Assembly: GCF_000379465.1 (NCBI RefSeq)
Contig: NZ_KB905382.1
Location: 144,190-168,189 of the forward strand
DNA: 24,000 bases
Direction: 5' to 3'
Source of the DNA: Sciscionella marina DSM 45152
Lineage (GTDB): Bacteria; Actinomycetota; Actinomycetes; Mycobacteriales; Pseudonocardiaceae
Shown here: one piece after another, positions 7,009 through 15,930 of the stretch
Layout: each line of letters opens with the position of its first letter
Numbering within the stretch: position 1 is the stretch's first letter
Notes under the pieces: generated by a model
Database searches by the model: none
What the model was told of the DNA's origin: nothing
Seen by the model: only the letters and a program-made list of their open reading frames with translations
Made by a program: the position numbers and the translations under genes

Positions 7009-8643
7009 TCAGCCGGTGGGCGACAGGAGTTCGCAGTGGTGTGTGCCGGTGATGTCGGTGGTGCGGATCCCATCGGGTTCCGGGGCAAGTGTCAGGCCGA
7101 AGGTGTGGCCGGTCGCGGAGACCCGGGGCCATGGGGGCAGACCCGGACCATTGGGGTCGCCGGACCGGAGGAAATGGGACCAGTAACCGGCGATGGTGCG
7201 GCCGAGCGCGCGTTGCGCCGGACTGAGCCGGGCCTCGGGCGCGTCGAAGCCCCAGACCGCGGTGAGGTCGGAGCCGTGGGTGGCGGCGGGACGCAGGCCG
7301 GGCGGAATGGGGACACCTTCGAGAGTGGCCGCCTGCGGGTCCGCGAAGACGTATCCCCACGTGGACGTGGTGGCGGCGAGCGCGCGGTTGGCGGCCTGGG
7401 AAGGGCAGATCCAGTCCCGGCCGGTGAACACGTGATCGAGTGCTTTGAGTACCCCGCCGGGGCCGTCCGGTGGGAAGGCCGCGGCGATCGCCGGTTCTCC
7501 GGAGGAGGGACCGGTACCGAACGTGTCCGCGAGCAGGCGCCGATATCCGTGCGGATCCCCGGCGAGCCGCTTGTGCGCCGACAGGGTGATCAGCAGATGT
7601 TCGTCGCTGGTGTTGCCCTGGATGACCGGGACCGCGGCGGCCTGCCCGGCGCGGATCACCGCCGCGGGATCGTGCGGGAGCACCGTGCTGCCATAGGGGA
7701 TCGAGATGAACCCGGTGTTGCGCTTCAGCAATTCCTTCGCGGGCATCGCCCGCAGGCACTGCAGCGTGGTGGCCGGATTCGTACAGCCGAGCTCGGTGGC
7801 GGTCTGCTCGCCTGCCTTCGCCACGGCAGACCAGGGCTGCCAGGTGTTCGCCGCGGGTGCGCCCGGACCGAGCGCGTTCCGCGGATGCTTCATCAGACAG
7901 GAGCCGCTGACGATGATCGCCTTCCGGAACAGTCCGCGTGCCGCGGGCGCGGTGAGCTGTGAGCAGGTCATCATCGCCCCCGCCGATTCCCCGGACACGG
8001 TGACATTGCCCGGGTCGCCGCCGAACGCGGCGATATTGTGCCGCACCCAGCGCAACGCGGCCTGCTGATCCTGCAGGCCGAACGCGGAGTTACGCCCCAG
8101 GGCCGGGTGCGCGAAACCGCCGAGGATCCCGAGCCGGTAGTTGATGGTCACGACCACCGCGCCGCTGCGCCGGACCATCGAATCCACGTAGTAGTCGCTG
8201 CCCGCCCCGCTCTGGAACCCGCCACCGTGGACCGCGAGCAAGACCGGGCGCGATCCGTTCGATGGCACAGGTGGTGCGGTGACGTCGAGGTAGAGGCAGT
8301 CCTCGCTCATCCGCGTGCCGGGGGCCAGTCCCGCGCCGGATTGCGGGCACACGGGCGCCGGTGCCGTGGCATCGCGTACCCCGGTCCAGTCCGGGACAGG
8401 GGCGGGCGAAGACCAGCGCAAGGCACCGACCGGCGGGGCGGCATACGGGATGGCCTCGAACCGGGTCAGCCCATCGCGCACGGCGCCACGCACCATCCCG
8501 TCGCGCACCGCGGCAACCGGCGCGGTACCGGCCGCGGGCCCATCGTCCACCGCGACGGCAGGACCGGTCGTGCCGGACGCCACCGCCACCACGGCCGCAC
8601 ACAGCGACAACCGTGGTCGCCGTGTTCTGGCCGGCGTGCTCAT
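7009..8643 (-). CDS. Type-B carboxylesterase/lipase family protein, secreted (Tat-like signal)
   Basis: Both type-B carboxylesterase signatures are present: FGGDPGNVTVSGESAGA (nucleophile Ser) and SEDCLYLDV. The oxyanion HGGGF is also present. Start chosen at ATG 8643 (MSTPARTRRPRLSLCAAVVAVASG..AVA), which overlaps the stop of the upstream small ORF (ATGA). The track ORF extension to 8763 is rejected. Confidence 0.92.
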   Translation of the reverse strand: MSTPARTRRPRLSLCAAVVAVASGTTGPAVAVDDGPAAGTAPVAAVRDGMVRGAVRDGLTRFEAIPYAAPPVGALRWSSPAPVPDWTGVRDATAPAPVCPQSGAGLAPGTRMSEDCLYLDVTAPPVPSNGSRPVLLAVHGGGFQSGAGSDYYVDSMVRRSGAVVVTINYRLGILGGFAHPALGRNSAFGLQDQQAALRWVRHNIAAFGGDPGNVTVSGESAGAMMTCSQLTAPAARGLFRKAIIVSGSCLMKHPRNALGPGAPAANTWQPWSAVAKAGEQTATELGCTNPATTLQCLRAMPAKELLKRNTGFISIPYGSTVLPHDPAAVIRAGQAAAVPVIQGNTSDEHLLITLSAHKRLAGDPHGYRRLLADTFGTGPSSGEPAIAAAFPPDGPGGVLKALDHVFTGRDWICPSQAANRALAATTSTWGYVFADPQAATLEGVPIPPGLRPAATHGSDLTAVWGFDAPEARLSPAQRALGRTIAGYWSHFLRSGDPNGPGLPPWPRVSATGHTFGLTLAPEPDGIRTTDITGTHHCELLSPTG

Positions 8644-8870
8644 TCCGATGCCTTGGCCCGGTCGTGCGCCCACCCCGCCAGCACCACGCCCACCAGGGTG
8701 ACCACGAGCAGCGCGGCCAGCCGGCCACCCCAGCCGCCGGGAACCCAGTCGACCGCTCCCCACAACTGGCGCGCGGAGTGATCGAACAGGCTGCGGATCG
8801 CCGCCTGGGCGAACACGATCGTCACCACCATCCCCAGGATCTGCAGCGTGGTGTAACCGGTCTTGGACAT
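8640..8870 (-). CDS. Small (76 aa) two-transmembrane-helix protein, function unknown
   Basis: Two hydrophobic spans (TLQILGMVVTIVFAQAAI and RLAALLVVTLVGVVLAGWA). Codon usage looks like the neighbours. The stop overlaps the esterase start (ATGA at 8640-8643), implying translational coupling. I recognise no family. Confidence 0.6.
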   Translation of the reverse strand: MSKTGYTTLQILGMVVTIVFAQAAIRSLFDHSARQLWGAVDWVPGGWGGRLAALLVVTLVGVVLAGWAHDRAKASE

Positions 8871-8975
8871 GCAGAGCTCCCCATGTTTCGTTTTCCGGTG
8901 GACTGCCGGGTAGGAGCCGAACCCTACCTGTTATGGTTCGATCGTATCAAGAAAACTGAAAGGGACACCAGTGGA

Positions 8976-9602
8976 ATGCCGAAGAGGGTCGATCACGAGC
9001 AGCGCAGGCGCCAGATCGCCGAGGCCGTCTGGCGGATAGCGGCCGACATCGGGCTCGAAGGCGTCACGATGCGCCGGGTCGCGACGGAAGCCGCCGTGTC
9101 CACCCGGCTGGTTCAGTACTACTTCGGCACTCGCAAGGACCTGCTGCTCGGCGCGCTGCACTGCCTCAACGACGACTCCCGGCAGCGGATCGAGCAGCAG
9201 ATCGCCGCAGAGGTCGCCGAGTTGGCGGACGGTGCGGCGGATGGGGAGGCGGCCGAGGTCCGGGCCGTCCTGCGGCACGTGCTCATCAGCATGCTGCCCA
9301 GCGACGAGGCCGCTCGCCGGGTCAGCCTGGTGCACATCGCCTACTTCGTCCATGCGCTGAACGACCCCGAACTCGCCGAAGCGTTGCGGGCCCAGCAGGA
9401 GCCCACGCTGGAGGCGATCTTCACCGAACTCCTCGGGCACGCCGAGGCCAACGGGCGGCTTCGGCAGGGGCTCGACCTCGCGCGTGAGGCCGACACGCTG
9501 CTCGCCCTTCCCGGGCTCGGTCCCGACATCCTGCTGGGCCTGCGCACCACGGAGCAGATCGTCGAGCTCATCGACTACCACCTCGGTCGGCTCTTTCGCT
9601 GA
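8976..9602 (+). CDS. TetR-family transcriptional regulator
   Basis: In-frame ATG 8976 gives MPKRVDHEQRRRQIAEAVWRIAADIGLEGVTMRRVATEAAVSTRLVQYYFGTRKDLLLGAL, a classic TetR N-terminal HTH. It is divergent from the small-protein/esterase pair. The 413-aa track ORF from 8361 is an artefactual extension. Confidence 0.9.
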   Translation: MPKRVDHEQRRRQIAEAVWRIAADIGLEGVTMRRVATEAAVSTRLVQYYFGTRKDLLLGALHCLNDDSRQRIEQQIAAEVAELADGAADGEAAEVRAVLRHVLISMLPSDEAARRVSLVHIAYFVHALNDPELAEALRAQQEPTLEAIFTELLGHAEANGRLRQGLDLAREADTLLALPGLGPDILLGLRTTEQIVELIDYHLGRLFR

Positions 9603-9609
9603 GAAAGCC

Positions 9610-10068
9610 CTAGCTCAATTCGTTGTCGATCTGCTCGCGCAACCGCCGCAGGAAACCCAGCAGCTGGGTGCGTTCCGCCGCGGTGAACCCGGCATAGGAG
9701 CGCGCTTGCTGGGCGCGGCGGTGCGCGCTGATCTCCTCGAGCAGCCGCGCGCCACGCCCGGTCAGGCGCACGAACACCTGGCGCTGGTCCGTGGCGCCAC
9801 GTTCGCGGATCACCACGCCCTTGGTGTCGAGCTGCTGCAGCATGCGGGTGGCGGTCGGCACGCTCACCTCGGCCCGTTCGGCGAGCACCCGCACGGGCAG
9901 CTCGGTCTCCTCGGCGAGCGGTTCGAGCAGCGCGAGCTGGGCGAGGCTGAGCCCGCCGCCGTGCACCGCCTGCGCCGAGCGTGCCCGGCGCATCGCGGCG
10001 AACAAGGCGTCCGCCATCCGGGAGAGTTCCTCGATCTCGGCATCATCCGGTTTACCTTGCCGCGCCAT
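9610..10068 (-). CDS. MarR-family transcriptional regulator
   Basis: 152 aa. The winged HTH reads LSLAQLALLEPLAEETELPVRVLAERAEVSVPTATRMLQQLDTKGVVIRERGATDQRQVFVRLTGRG. Confidence 0.9.
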   Translation of the reverse strand: MARQGKPDDAEIEELSRMADALFAAMRRARSAQAVHGGGLSLAQLALLEPLAEETELPVRVLAERAEVSVPTATRMLQQLDTKGVVIRERGATDQRQVFVRLTGRGARLLEEISAHRRAQQARSYAGFTAAERTQLLGFLRRLREQIDNELS

Positions 10069-10076
10069 GGGAGTAC

Positions 10077-10105
10077 ATTAGCACGGTAATTATTAGCAAG
10101 CTAAT
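10077..10105. promoter_or_regulatory. Candidate MarR operator: two adjacent 14-bp dyads in the MarR/amidohydrolase divergent intergenic region
   Basis: Read directly. ATTAGCaaGCTAAT (10092-10105) has perfect 6-bp arms. ATTAGCacGGTAAT (10077-10090) matches at 5 of 6 positions per arm. Both lie in the only AT-rich stretch between the MarR start (10068) and the amidohydrolase start (10131). Confidence 0.55.
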
Positions 10106-10130
10106 GAACTCAGCGATGAATGGAGTGGTC

Positions 10131-11060
10131 ATGTCCGGACGTATCGATGTGCACCAGCACCTGATCCCGCCCGCCTACCGCGAGCTGCTCGACCGGAACG
10201 GGAAGACGGCGGGTGGCTGGCCGATGCCGGACTGGGACGCGGCGGGCGCGATCGCCATGATGGACGGCCGCTCGATCGCCACCGGCATCCTCTCGGTCAG
10301 CGCGCCCGGGGTCTACTTCGGCGAGAACGCGGCCGCGCGGGACACGGCGCGCATGGTCAACGAGTACTCGGCGGAACTGGTCAAGGACCGGCCGGACCGG
10401 TTCGGCATGTTCGCGAGCCTGCCGCTGCCCGATGTGGATGGCGCGCTCGCCGAACTCGCCCACGCCTTCGATGAGCTCGATGCGGACGGTGTGGTCCTGC
10501 TGTCCAATGTGGAGGGACGTTATCTCGGCGATCCGGAGTTCGAGCCGCTGTGGGCCGAACTCAACGCCCGCGAGGCGACGGTGTTCGTGCACCCGGACGC
10601 GCCCGCGCTGCCGATGCTCGACGGGCTGCCGAGCCCGCTGCTCGATTTCCCCTTCGACACCACGCGAACCGCGCTGCAACTGGTCACCTCCGGAATCATG
10701 GGCCGGTATCCGCGGGTGAAGGTGATCCTCTCGCATGCCGGCGGATTCCTGCCGTACGCCGCCTACCGGTTCACCGGCGCCGCGCTGGTCGACCCCGGTC
10801 TCACCCCGGAAGGGGTGTTCGCGGATCTGCGGCGGTTCTACTTCGACACCGCGCTTTCCGCGAGCGAGACAGCGCTGCCCGCACTGCTGGCCTTCGCCGA
10901 GGAGGGGCACGTGTGCTACGGCAGCGATGCGCCCTTCGCCCCGGACCAGTGGGGTGGCGTTTTCGATGCCAAACTCGACGAATACCAGGGATATCGGCCC
11001 GGCCAGCTCGCGGCGATCAACCGTGGCAACGCTGAGGGACTGTTTCCTCGGCTGCGCTGA
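10131..11060 (+). CDS. Amidohydrolase-2 (ACMSD-type) family metal-dependent hydrolase/decarboxylase
   Basis: It begins MSGRIDVHQHLIPPAYRELL (HxH metal motif) and later has VFVHP, ILSHAGG and YGSDAPF, as in the ACMSD / aromatic-acid decarboxylase family. SD GGAG lies 5 nt upstream of ATG 10131. Confidence 0.85.
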   Translation: MSGRIDVHQHLIPPAYRELLDRNGKTAGGWPMPDWDAAGAIAMMDGRSIATGILSVSAPGVYFGENAAARDTARMVNEYSAELVKDRPDRFGMFASLPLPDVDGALAELAHAFDELDADGVVLLSNVEGRYLGDPEFEPLWAELNAREATVFVHPDAPALPMLDGLPSPLLDFPFDTTRTALQLVTSGIMGRYPRVKVILSHAGGFLPYAAYRFTGAALVDPGLTPEGVFADLRRFYFDTALSASETALPALLAFAEEGHVCYGSDAPFAPDQWGGVFDAKLDEYQGYRPGQLAAINRGNAEGLFPRLR

Positions 11061-11076
11061 ATCACCGATCGTGCGG

Positions 11077-13230
11077 TCACGGCTCGGCCAGAAGCTCCAG
11101 CAGCAGCGCCGCCGACCAGCTGAAGTTGGTGGCGTTGCGGCCCTGCCCGGTGACCGAGTTGTAGTTCTCCCTGATCGGTGCGTCCCCGGTGAGCCCGGCC
11201 GCATTGCTGAGCAGTTTCAACCGTGCGGTGCGGGCATCGGCGCGGTAACCGTAGTTCTCCAATGCCCGCACTCCGAAGTACACCTGGTCCACCCAGGTGG
11301 TGCCACGCCAGTAGCCGTTCGGGTCGAAGTTCGCCGAATTCCGCGCCACGGTGGGAAACGGGATCGCGGTGTCGAACTGCTGTGGATCGGTGAGGCTCTG
11401 CCGGACCCGCGCGGCCTGCTCGGGTGTCGCGATCGTGGTCCACAGTGGAGTGATCGACTCGGTTCCCTTGCCCCGCTCGACGAGCGGGCGGCGAGTGGCA
11501 AGGTCGGTGTCGTAGAAGAACCCGGTTTTCATGTCGTACATGGGATCGCGGATCAGCTTCGTGGTCGAATCGGCCTGCTCGGTGAACCGGTGCGCCTGCG
11601 TGGCCTTGCCGAGTGTGCGGGCGATATCGGCGAGATAGCGCTTGTCCGCGACCAGATAAGCGTTGAGATCGACCGATTCCTGGTTGAGCGAGTAACCGAC
11701 GACCGTGCCGTGCGCGTCCCGGTTCTTCAGCACCCGCAGCCCGGCGCCCTTGTCGAAGCGCGGCGCGTCGTCCATGCCGCTCTCCCAGGCGGCTGCCTCG
11801 ACCTGAGCCTTTTCGGTGTCGTTACGCGGATCTACGGTCGCCCCGTACTCGGCGAGCCCGTCGTGATCGTGATCCCGGTTGCGGTACCACCACTCGTGCT
11901 GGGCGAGCAGCTTCGGGAACATCTCGCGCAGGAAGGCGCGGTCGTGGCTCTGCCGGAAAGTCTGCCACACCGCCCAGGCGCCGAGCGGTGGCTTGGTGTT
12001 GCGCTCGTTGGTGCCCTCGCTCGGCGTGGTGTACATGACCACATCGGGCAGCATGCCCGCGTCCTGGCCCCGGTTCGGGGTTTTCGCGGTGAACTGGTGC
12101 CGGTACACCGAACGCAGCACCGATTCGGCCAGTTCCGGGGCGAACCGGGAGACCCCGACCGCCTCCTTGAAGCTGTCCCACGGCCAGTAGCCCGCGGAGA
12201 AATCGCTCTCGGTCAGCGAGGGGGTGATTCCCGCATCGTGCAGGTCCCCGGCCGGACCGCGCCAGTTCGTGGTGAGCGTTTCGATCGCCTTCACCGCGGT
12301 GCGCCGCTGCCCCGGCGCGACCCCGGCCAGTCCCCGCCGCAGGTAATCGGCCCAGCGCTGGTCCACTCGCGCGGCGGCGAGCGCGGGCAGGTGGGTGGCG
12401 AATCGCAGGGCGTTCGCTTCCTTGTCCCGCTCGGCCTTGGTGAAGGTGTAGCTCTCGCCCCAGGACAGTCCCTGGCTGCCGCCAGGCGCCAGGCGCAGCG
12501 GGGCGCGCCGGTTCGTGCGGTAGGAATCCCCGTGCACCTGGGTGGAAACCGGTTCCGGATGGCCGACGTGGAATTGTTCGGTGCCGCTGGTCACGAACTT
12601 CTCGGGCTTGTTCACCTTCGCGAAGTCCACCCGAACCCCGTCCGGACCGGGGTGCAGGCTCGGCGCCGAGCGCATCGGCTCGCTGTCCGGGCGCAGTAGC
12701 CGCCCCTGCCAGGACACCCCGAGGGTGCGCGGCCGCGGGGAGTGGTTGTGCATTCGCGCGCGCACCAGGGCGGTGCGCGCGGAGACGAAGCGCAGATCGA
12801 GGTCGAGTTCCAGGCCGGGCAACCGGTAGGTCTGGCCGAGGCGGCCGGGATAGGAGTGCACGCTCGGTGCGGGCAGCGGGATCGTGTGCCCGCTCTCATC
12901 GGTGAGTGCGATCTTGGTGAACGCCTTGCTCAGGTACCAGGGGCCTTCCTGGGCCAGGTACAGCGGCCCGGTGAACCCGCCGTAAGCGGATGTATCGCCC
13001 TTCACGGGCAATGCGTACGCATGCCAGGCCCCGGCATCGGAGAACACGTTGACCGGGTTCGCCGACGGAACCTGCGCGCTCTGCGGTGTTCCCTGCCGGT
13101 TCAGCACATCCGCGAAACCGGGCGATGGGGACGGCCGCGCGCCCGCGGGGGCGGTTCCGAAACAGGTCGCGCCGACCACGGCAGCGGCGAGCAGGGCGAT
13201 GAACCTGTGCACTCCAGCACACCTCCTCAT
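11077..13230 (-). CDS. Secreted (alpha/alpha)6-barrel glycoside hydrolase, GH63/YgjK-like (glucosidase/trehalase clan)
   Basis: About 715 aa with an N-terminal signal (RFIALLAAAVVGATCFGTAPAGA) and an N-terminal beta-rich domain. The C-terminal barrel carries YWPWDSFKEA, NERNTKPPLGAWAVW, EAAAWESGMDDAPRFD, YWRGTTWVDQVYF and NFSWSAALLLELL, the pattern of YgjK/MGH1-like enzymes. Start ambiguous between ATG 13230 and GTG 13212. The GTG is preceded by a perfect AGGAGG at 9-nt spacing. Confidence 0.8.
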   Translation of the reverse strand: MRRCAGVHRFIALLAAAVVGATCFGTAPAGARPSPSPGFADVLNRQGTPQSAQVPSANPVNVFSDAGAWHAYALPVKGDTSAYGGFTGPLYLAQEGPWYLSKAFTKIALTDESGHTIPLPAPSVHSYPGRLGQTYRLPGLELDLDLRFVSARTALVRARMHNHSPRPRTLGVSWQGRLLRPDSEPMRSAPSLHPGPDGVRVDFAKVNKPEKFVTSGTEQFHVGHPEPVSTQVHGDSYRTNRRAPLRLAPGGSQGLSWGESYTFTKAERDKEANALRFATHLPALAAARVDQRWADYLRRGLAGVAPGQRRTAVKAIETLTTNWRGPAGDLHDAGITPSLTESDFSAGYWPWDSFKEAVGVSRFAPELAESVLRSVYRHQFTAKTPNRGQDAGMLPDVVMYTTPSEGTNERNTKPPLGAWAVWQTFRQSHDRAFLREMFPKLLAQHEWWYRNRDHDHDGLAEYGATVDPRNDTEKAQVEAAAWESGMDDAPRFDKGAGLRVLKNRDAHGTVVGYSLNQESVDLNAYLVADKRYLADIARTLGKATQAHRFTEQADSTTKLIRDPMYDMKTGFFYDTDLATRRPLVERGKGTESITPLWTTIATPEQAARVRQSLTDPQQFDTAIPFPTVARNSANFDPNGYWRGTTWVDQVYFGVRALENYGYRADARTARLKLLSNAAGLTGDAPIRENYNSVTGQGRNATNFSWSAALLLELLAEP

Positions 13231-13249
13231 GTGGCATCCCTTGCCACAT
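13229..13249. promoter_or_regulatory. 8-bp perfect inverted repeat ATGTGGCA-tccct-TGCCACAT at the glycosidase translation-initiation region
   Basis: Read directly: arms 13229-13236 and 13242-13249. It overlaps ATG 13230 and lies just upstream of the AGGAGG. A third copy of ATGTGGCA sits at 13394-13401, next to the SD of the divergent ABC operon. Confidence 0.45.
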
Positions 13250-13301
13250 CGGGAATGACGATAATCGGCGGTTCCCGATGCGCTCATCCGCCCCCGTCCG
13301 T

Positions 13302-13326
13302 CGAGCATCGAGGGTTTCGATGCTCG
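13302..13326. promoter_or_regulatory. 10-bp perfect inverted repeat CGAGCATCGA-gggtt-TCGATGCTCG in the divergent intergenic region
   Basis: Read directly: arms 13302-13311 and 13317-13326. It lies midway between the glycosidase start and the ABC binding-protein start, so it could be an operator or a leader hairpin. Confidence 0.4.
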
Positions 13327-13415
13327 GCATGCAGACCGTGCACGAGTGCTGCGTGCGCCGCCCGGTTCGGGCAGGCTTCGCCGCGATCCGGCAATGTGGC
13401 AGGAAGGGGCCGGCT

Positions 13416-14276
13416 ATGCGGCGAGCGCTGGTGATCGTGGTGGTACTGGCCGCCGCGCTCACGGCATGCGGGCGCTCGGATTCGAGCCCGGGCGGCGGAA
13501 ACTATGCCCGGGTCGATGCGGCGCACACCGCGCGGGAACTGCTCCCCGGGCGCTATCGCGAGGAAGGCGTGCTCAAGGTGGTGACCTCGGTCGGGTACCC
13601 ACCGATGGAGATGTACGCGCCCGGAACGACGCGACTGACCGGAGTGGACCCCGATCTGGCCCACGCCATCGCCGAGGAACTGGGTCTGCGCCTCGAACTG
13701 TCCAACGCGGCCTTCGACGGGATCGTGCCCGGCGTACAGGGGCAGCGCTGGGATCTCGCGCTCAGTTCGCTCAGCGATTCGGCCAAGCGCCGGGCCGCGG
13801 TCGACTTCGTGGACTATTTCCGTGCGGGCGGGGTGATCCTGGTGCGCAAGGGAAATCCGGAACACATCCGGGGTCTCGGTGACCTGTGCGGCAAATCCGT
13901 CGTGCTGGCGCAGGGATCCTCGAATCTGAAGATCGGCCAGGAGCAGAACGCGCGCTGCCGGGATGGAATGCGGATCTCGCAGAGCGTGGACGCGCCGAGC
14001 GGGCTGCTCACCATCGACTCCGGAAGGACGGTCGCGACCATCGTGGATTATCCGGCGGGCATCGACTACGCGAAAACCGGGAAATACGAGCTGATCGGCG
14101 GCCAGCACACGGCCGGACTGTGGGGAATCGCGGTGAGCAAACACAACGACGAACTGCGCGACGCGGTGCAGAAAGCACTCGGCGAACTGATCGCCGACGG
14201 CCGGTACGCCACGATCCTGCGTCGTTACGGGGTCGAGGCGAACGCGATCCCCACGCCGAAGGTGAACACCAAATGA
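13416..14276 (+). CDS. Polar amino-acid ABC transporter substrate-binding lipoprotein (family 3)
   Basis: ATG 13416 follows SD GGAAGGGG. The signal and lipobox read [19 protein letters not shown]. Family-3 SBP pattern: [13 protein letters not shown]...[16 protein letters not shown]...[22 protein letters not shown]. The upstream extension in the track ORF (from 13278) is rejected. Confidence 0.9.
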   Translation: MRRALVIVVVLAAALTACGRSDSSPGGGNYARVDAAHTARELLPGRYREEGVLKVVTSVGYPPMEMYAPGTTRLTGVDPDLAHAIAEELGLRLELSNAAFDGIVPGVQGQRWDLALSSLSDSAKRRAAVDFVDYFRAGGVILVRKGNPEHIRGLGDLCGKSVVLAQGSSNLKIGQEQNARCRDGMRISQSVDAPSGLLTIDSGRTVATIVDYPAGIDYAKTGKYELIGGQHTAGLWGIAVSKHNDELRDAVQKALGELIADGRYATILRRYGVEANAIPTPKVNTK

Positions 14277-15172
14277 GCGCGGCCGAGGAACTGCCGATCA
14301 ACGCGAAACACCCGCCCCGGCCCGGGCGCTGGATCGCCGCCGTGCTCGCCGGTTTCGTGCTGGTCTGGCTGGCCTACACCATCATCGTGAACCCGAACCT
14401 GCACTGGGACATCGTGGTGGACCAGCAGTTCGATCACCGGATTCTTGCCGGGCTCGGGGTCACCATCGCGCTCGCGGTGACCTCGATGGTCGTCGGGATC
14501 GTGCTCGGGGTGCTCGTCGCGGTGATGCAACTGTCCGCGAATCCGGTGCTGCGCGCCGCGGCCGGGCTCTACACCTGGTTCTTCCGCGGTACCCCGCTGC
14601 TGGTGCAGCTGATCTTCTGGTTCAACCTCGCGCTGATCTTTCCCACGGTCGGGTTCGGTGTCCCCTTCGGCGGGCCGCAGCTCGTGGAATGGCAGACCAA
14701 TGCGCTGATCACTCCGTTCGTCGCGGGTCTGCTCGGGCTGACCATCAACGAGGGCGCCTATATGGCCGAGATCGTGCGCGCCGGGATCTCCTCGGTCGCG
14801 CACGGGCAGCGCGAAGCCGCCGAGGCGCTGGGCATGCCGAACCGCGCGGTGCTGCGCAGGGTGGTGCTCCCGCAGGCGATGCGGGTGATCATCCCGCCGA
14901 CCGGGAACCAGTTCATCTCCATGCTCAAGACGACCTCGATGGTCTCGGTGATCGCTGGGGCCGACCTGCTCACCGTCGCCCAGCACATCTATCTGGACAA
15001 CTTCGAGGTGATCGCCCTGCTGATCGTGGCCTCGATCTGGTATCTGGTGCTGACCACGATCGCCAGTGTCGGACAGCATTTCATCGAGAAACGGTTCAAC
15101 CGCGGGCAGATCACGCTGCGCAGGCGCCTCGGCCGCGATCTGCTCCCGGTGGTGCGAAGGAGGAAATCGTGA
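14273..15172 (+). CDS. Amino-acid ABC transporter permease (His/Glu/Gln/Arg/opine family)
   Basis: ATG 14273 overlaps the upstream stop (ATGA). Multi-TM protein with the conserved loop [42 protein letters not shown]. Confidence 0.9.
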   Translation: MSAAEELPINAKHPPRPGRWIAAVLAGFVLVWLAYTIIVNPNLHWDIVVDQQFDHRILAGLGVTIALAVTSMVVGIVLGVLVAVMQLSANPVLRAAAGLYTWFFRGTPLLVQLIFWFNLALIFPTVGFGVPFGGPQLVEWQTNALITPFVAGLLGLTINEGAYMAEIVRAGISSVAHGQREAAEALGMPNRAVLRRVVLPQAMRVIIPPTGNQFISMLKTTSMVSVIAGADLLTVAQHIYLDNFEVIALLIVASIWYLVLTTIASVGQHFIEKRFNRGQITLRRRLGRDLLPVVRRRKS

Positions 15173-15930
15173 CACCGATGGTGCGGATCTCGAAGGTACG
15201 CAAACGATTCGGGTATCTCGAGGTACTCAAGGGGATCGATCTGGATGTGGCGCGCAACAGCGTGGTGTGCGTCATCGGCCCCTCCGGATCGGGAAAATCC
15301 ACCCTGCTGCGCTGTGTGAACCGGCTGGAGACCATCGATTCCGGGCGGATCAGGGTGGACGGGGAACTGATCGGGTACACCGAGCACACCGACGGCCTCC
15401 GGGTGCTCGGGGAGAAGCAGTTGTGCCGCCAGCGCGCCGCGATCGGCATGGTGTTCCAGGGCTTTCACCTGTTCGGCAACCGCACCGCGCTGGAGAACGT
15501 CATCGAGGGACCCGTTACGGTGCAAGGAAAATCGCGCGCCGAGGCGATCGAGCAGGCGCGTGAACTGCTGGAAAGGGTAGGGCTGGCCGACCGTGCGGAG
15601 CACTATCCCGCGCAACTGTCCGGCGGCCAGCAGCAACGGGTGGCGATCGCGCGAAGCCTTGCCATGCGCCCGAAAGTGATGTTGTTCGACGAACCGACGA
15701 GCGCGCTCGACCCGGAATTGGTCGCCGAGGTGCTCGCGGTGATGCGGGATCTGGCCCGGGAGGGGATGACGATGATGGTGGTGACCCATGAGATGCGCTT
15801 CGCCAGAGACGCGGGCGATCATCTCGTGTTCATGGACGACGGGGTGATCGTGGAACAGGGCGATCCGCGTGCGGTGCTCGAACAGCCGCGCGAGGCACGG
15901 ACGAGGGCCTTCCTCGGGCAGGTGGGGTGA
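15169..15930 (+). CDS. Amino-acid ABC transporter ATP-binding protein (GlnQ-like)
   Basis: Walker [10 protein letters not shown], signature [13 protein letters not shown], Walker [13 protein letters not shown] and an H-loop (VTHEM). GTG 15169 overlaps the upstream stop (GTGA) and sits 5 nt after AAGGAGG. ATG 15178 is the alternative start. Confidence 0.95.
   Translation: MTPMVRISKVRKRFGYLEVLKGIDLDVARNSVVCVIGPSGSGKSTLLRCVNRLETIDSGRIRVDGELIGYTEHTDGLRVLGEKQLCRQRAAIGMVFQGFHLFGNRTALENVIEGPVTVQGKSRAEAIEQARELLERVGLADRAEHYPAQLSGGQQQRVAIARSLAMRPKVMLFDEPTSALDPELVAEVLAVMRDLAREGMTMMVVTHEMRFARDAGDHLVFMDDGVIVEQGDPRAVLEQPREARTRAFLGQVG

Noticed and set aside
8644-8763. N-terminal extension of the carboxylesterase ORF (track start 8763). 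Similar upstream extensions occur in track ORFs 5484..6692, 8361..9602, 9981..11060, 13278..14276, 13886..15172 and 14689..15930.
   Set aside because: The extensions overlap the preceding gene, lack signal or domain content, and bypass internal starts that have an SD or ATGA/GTGA coupling and that begin recognisable N-termini (signal peptide, lipobox, HTH).
8909-8943. Possible TetR operator in the 8871-8975 intergenic region: GGTAGG-N8-CCTACC (8909-8928) and the CGATCG palindrome (8938-8943).
   Set aside because: With only 6-bp arms and mismatched flanks, this is within what chance produces in about 100 bp. It is noted but not called as a feature.
10735-12699. Very long ORFs antisense to or out of frame with the called genes. 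Examples: 10735..12699 + (654 aa), 3572..4966 - (464 aa), 5742..6899 -, 6784..7962 +, 14989..16089 -, 17380..18489 -, 21845..23029 -, and many 60-300 aa ORFs.
   Set aside because: Their translations are Arg/Pro/Gly/Ala-rich low-complexity strings without any family motifs, which is the usual product of stop-codon-poor alternate frames at about 70% GC. Each overlaps a gene with strong catalytic or HTH motifs in another frame.
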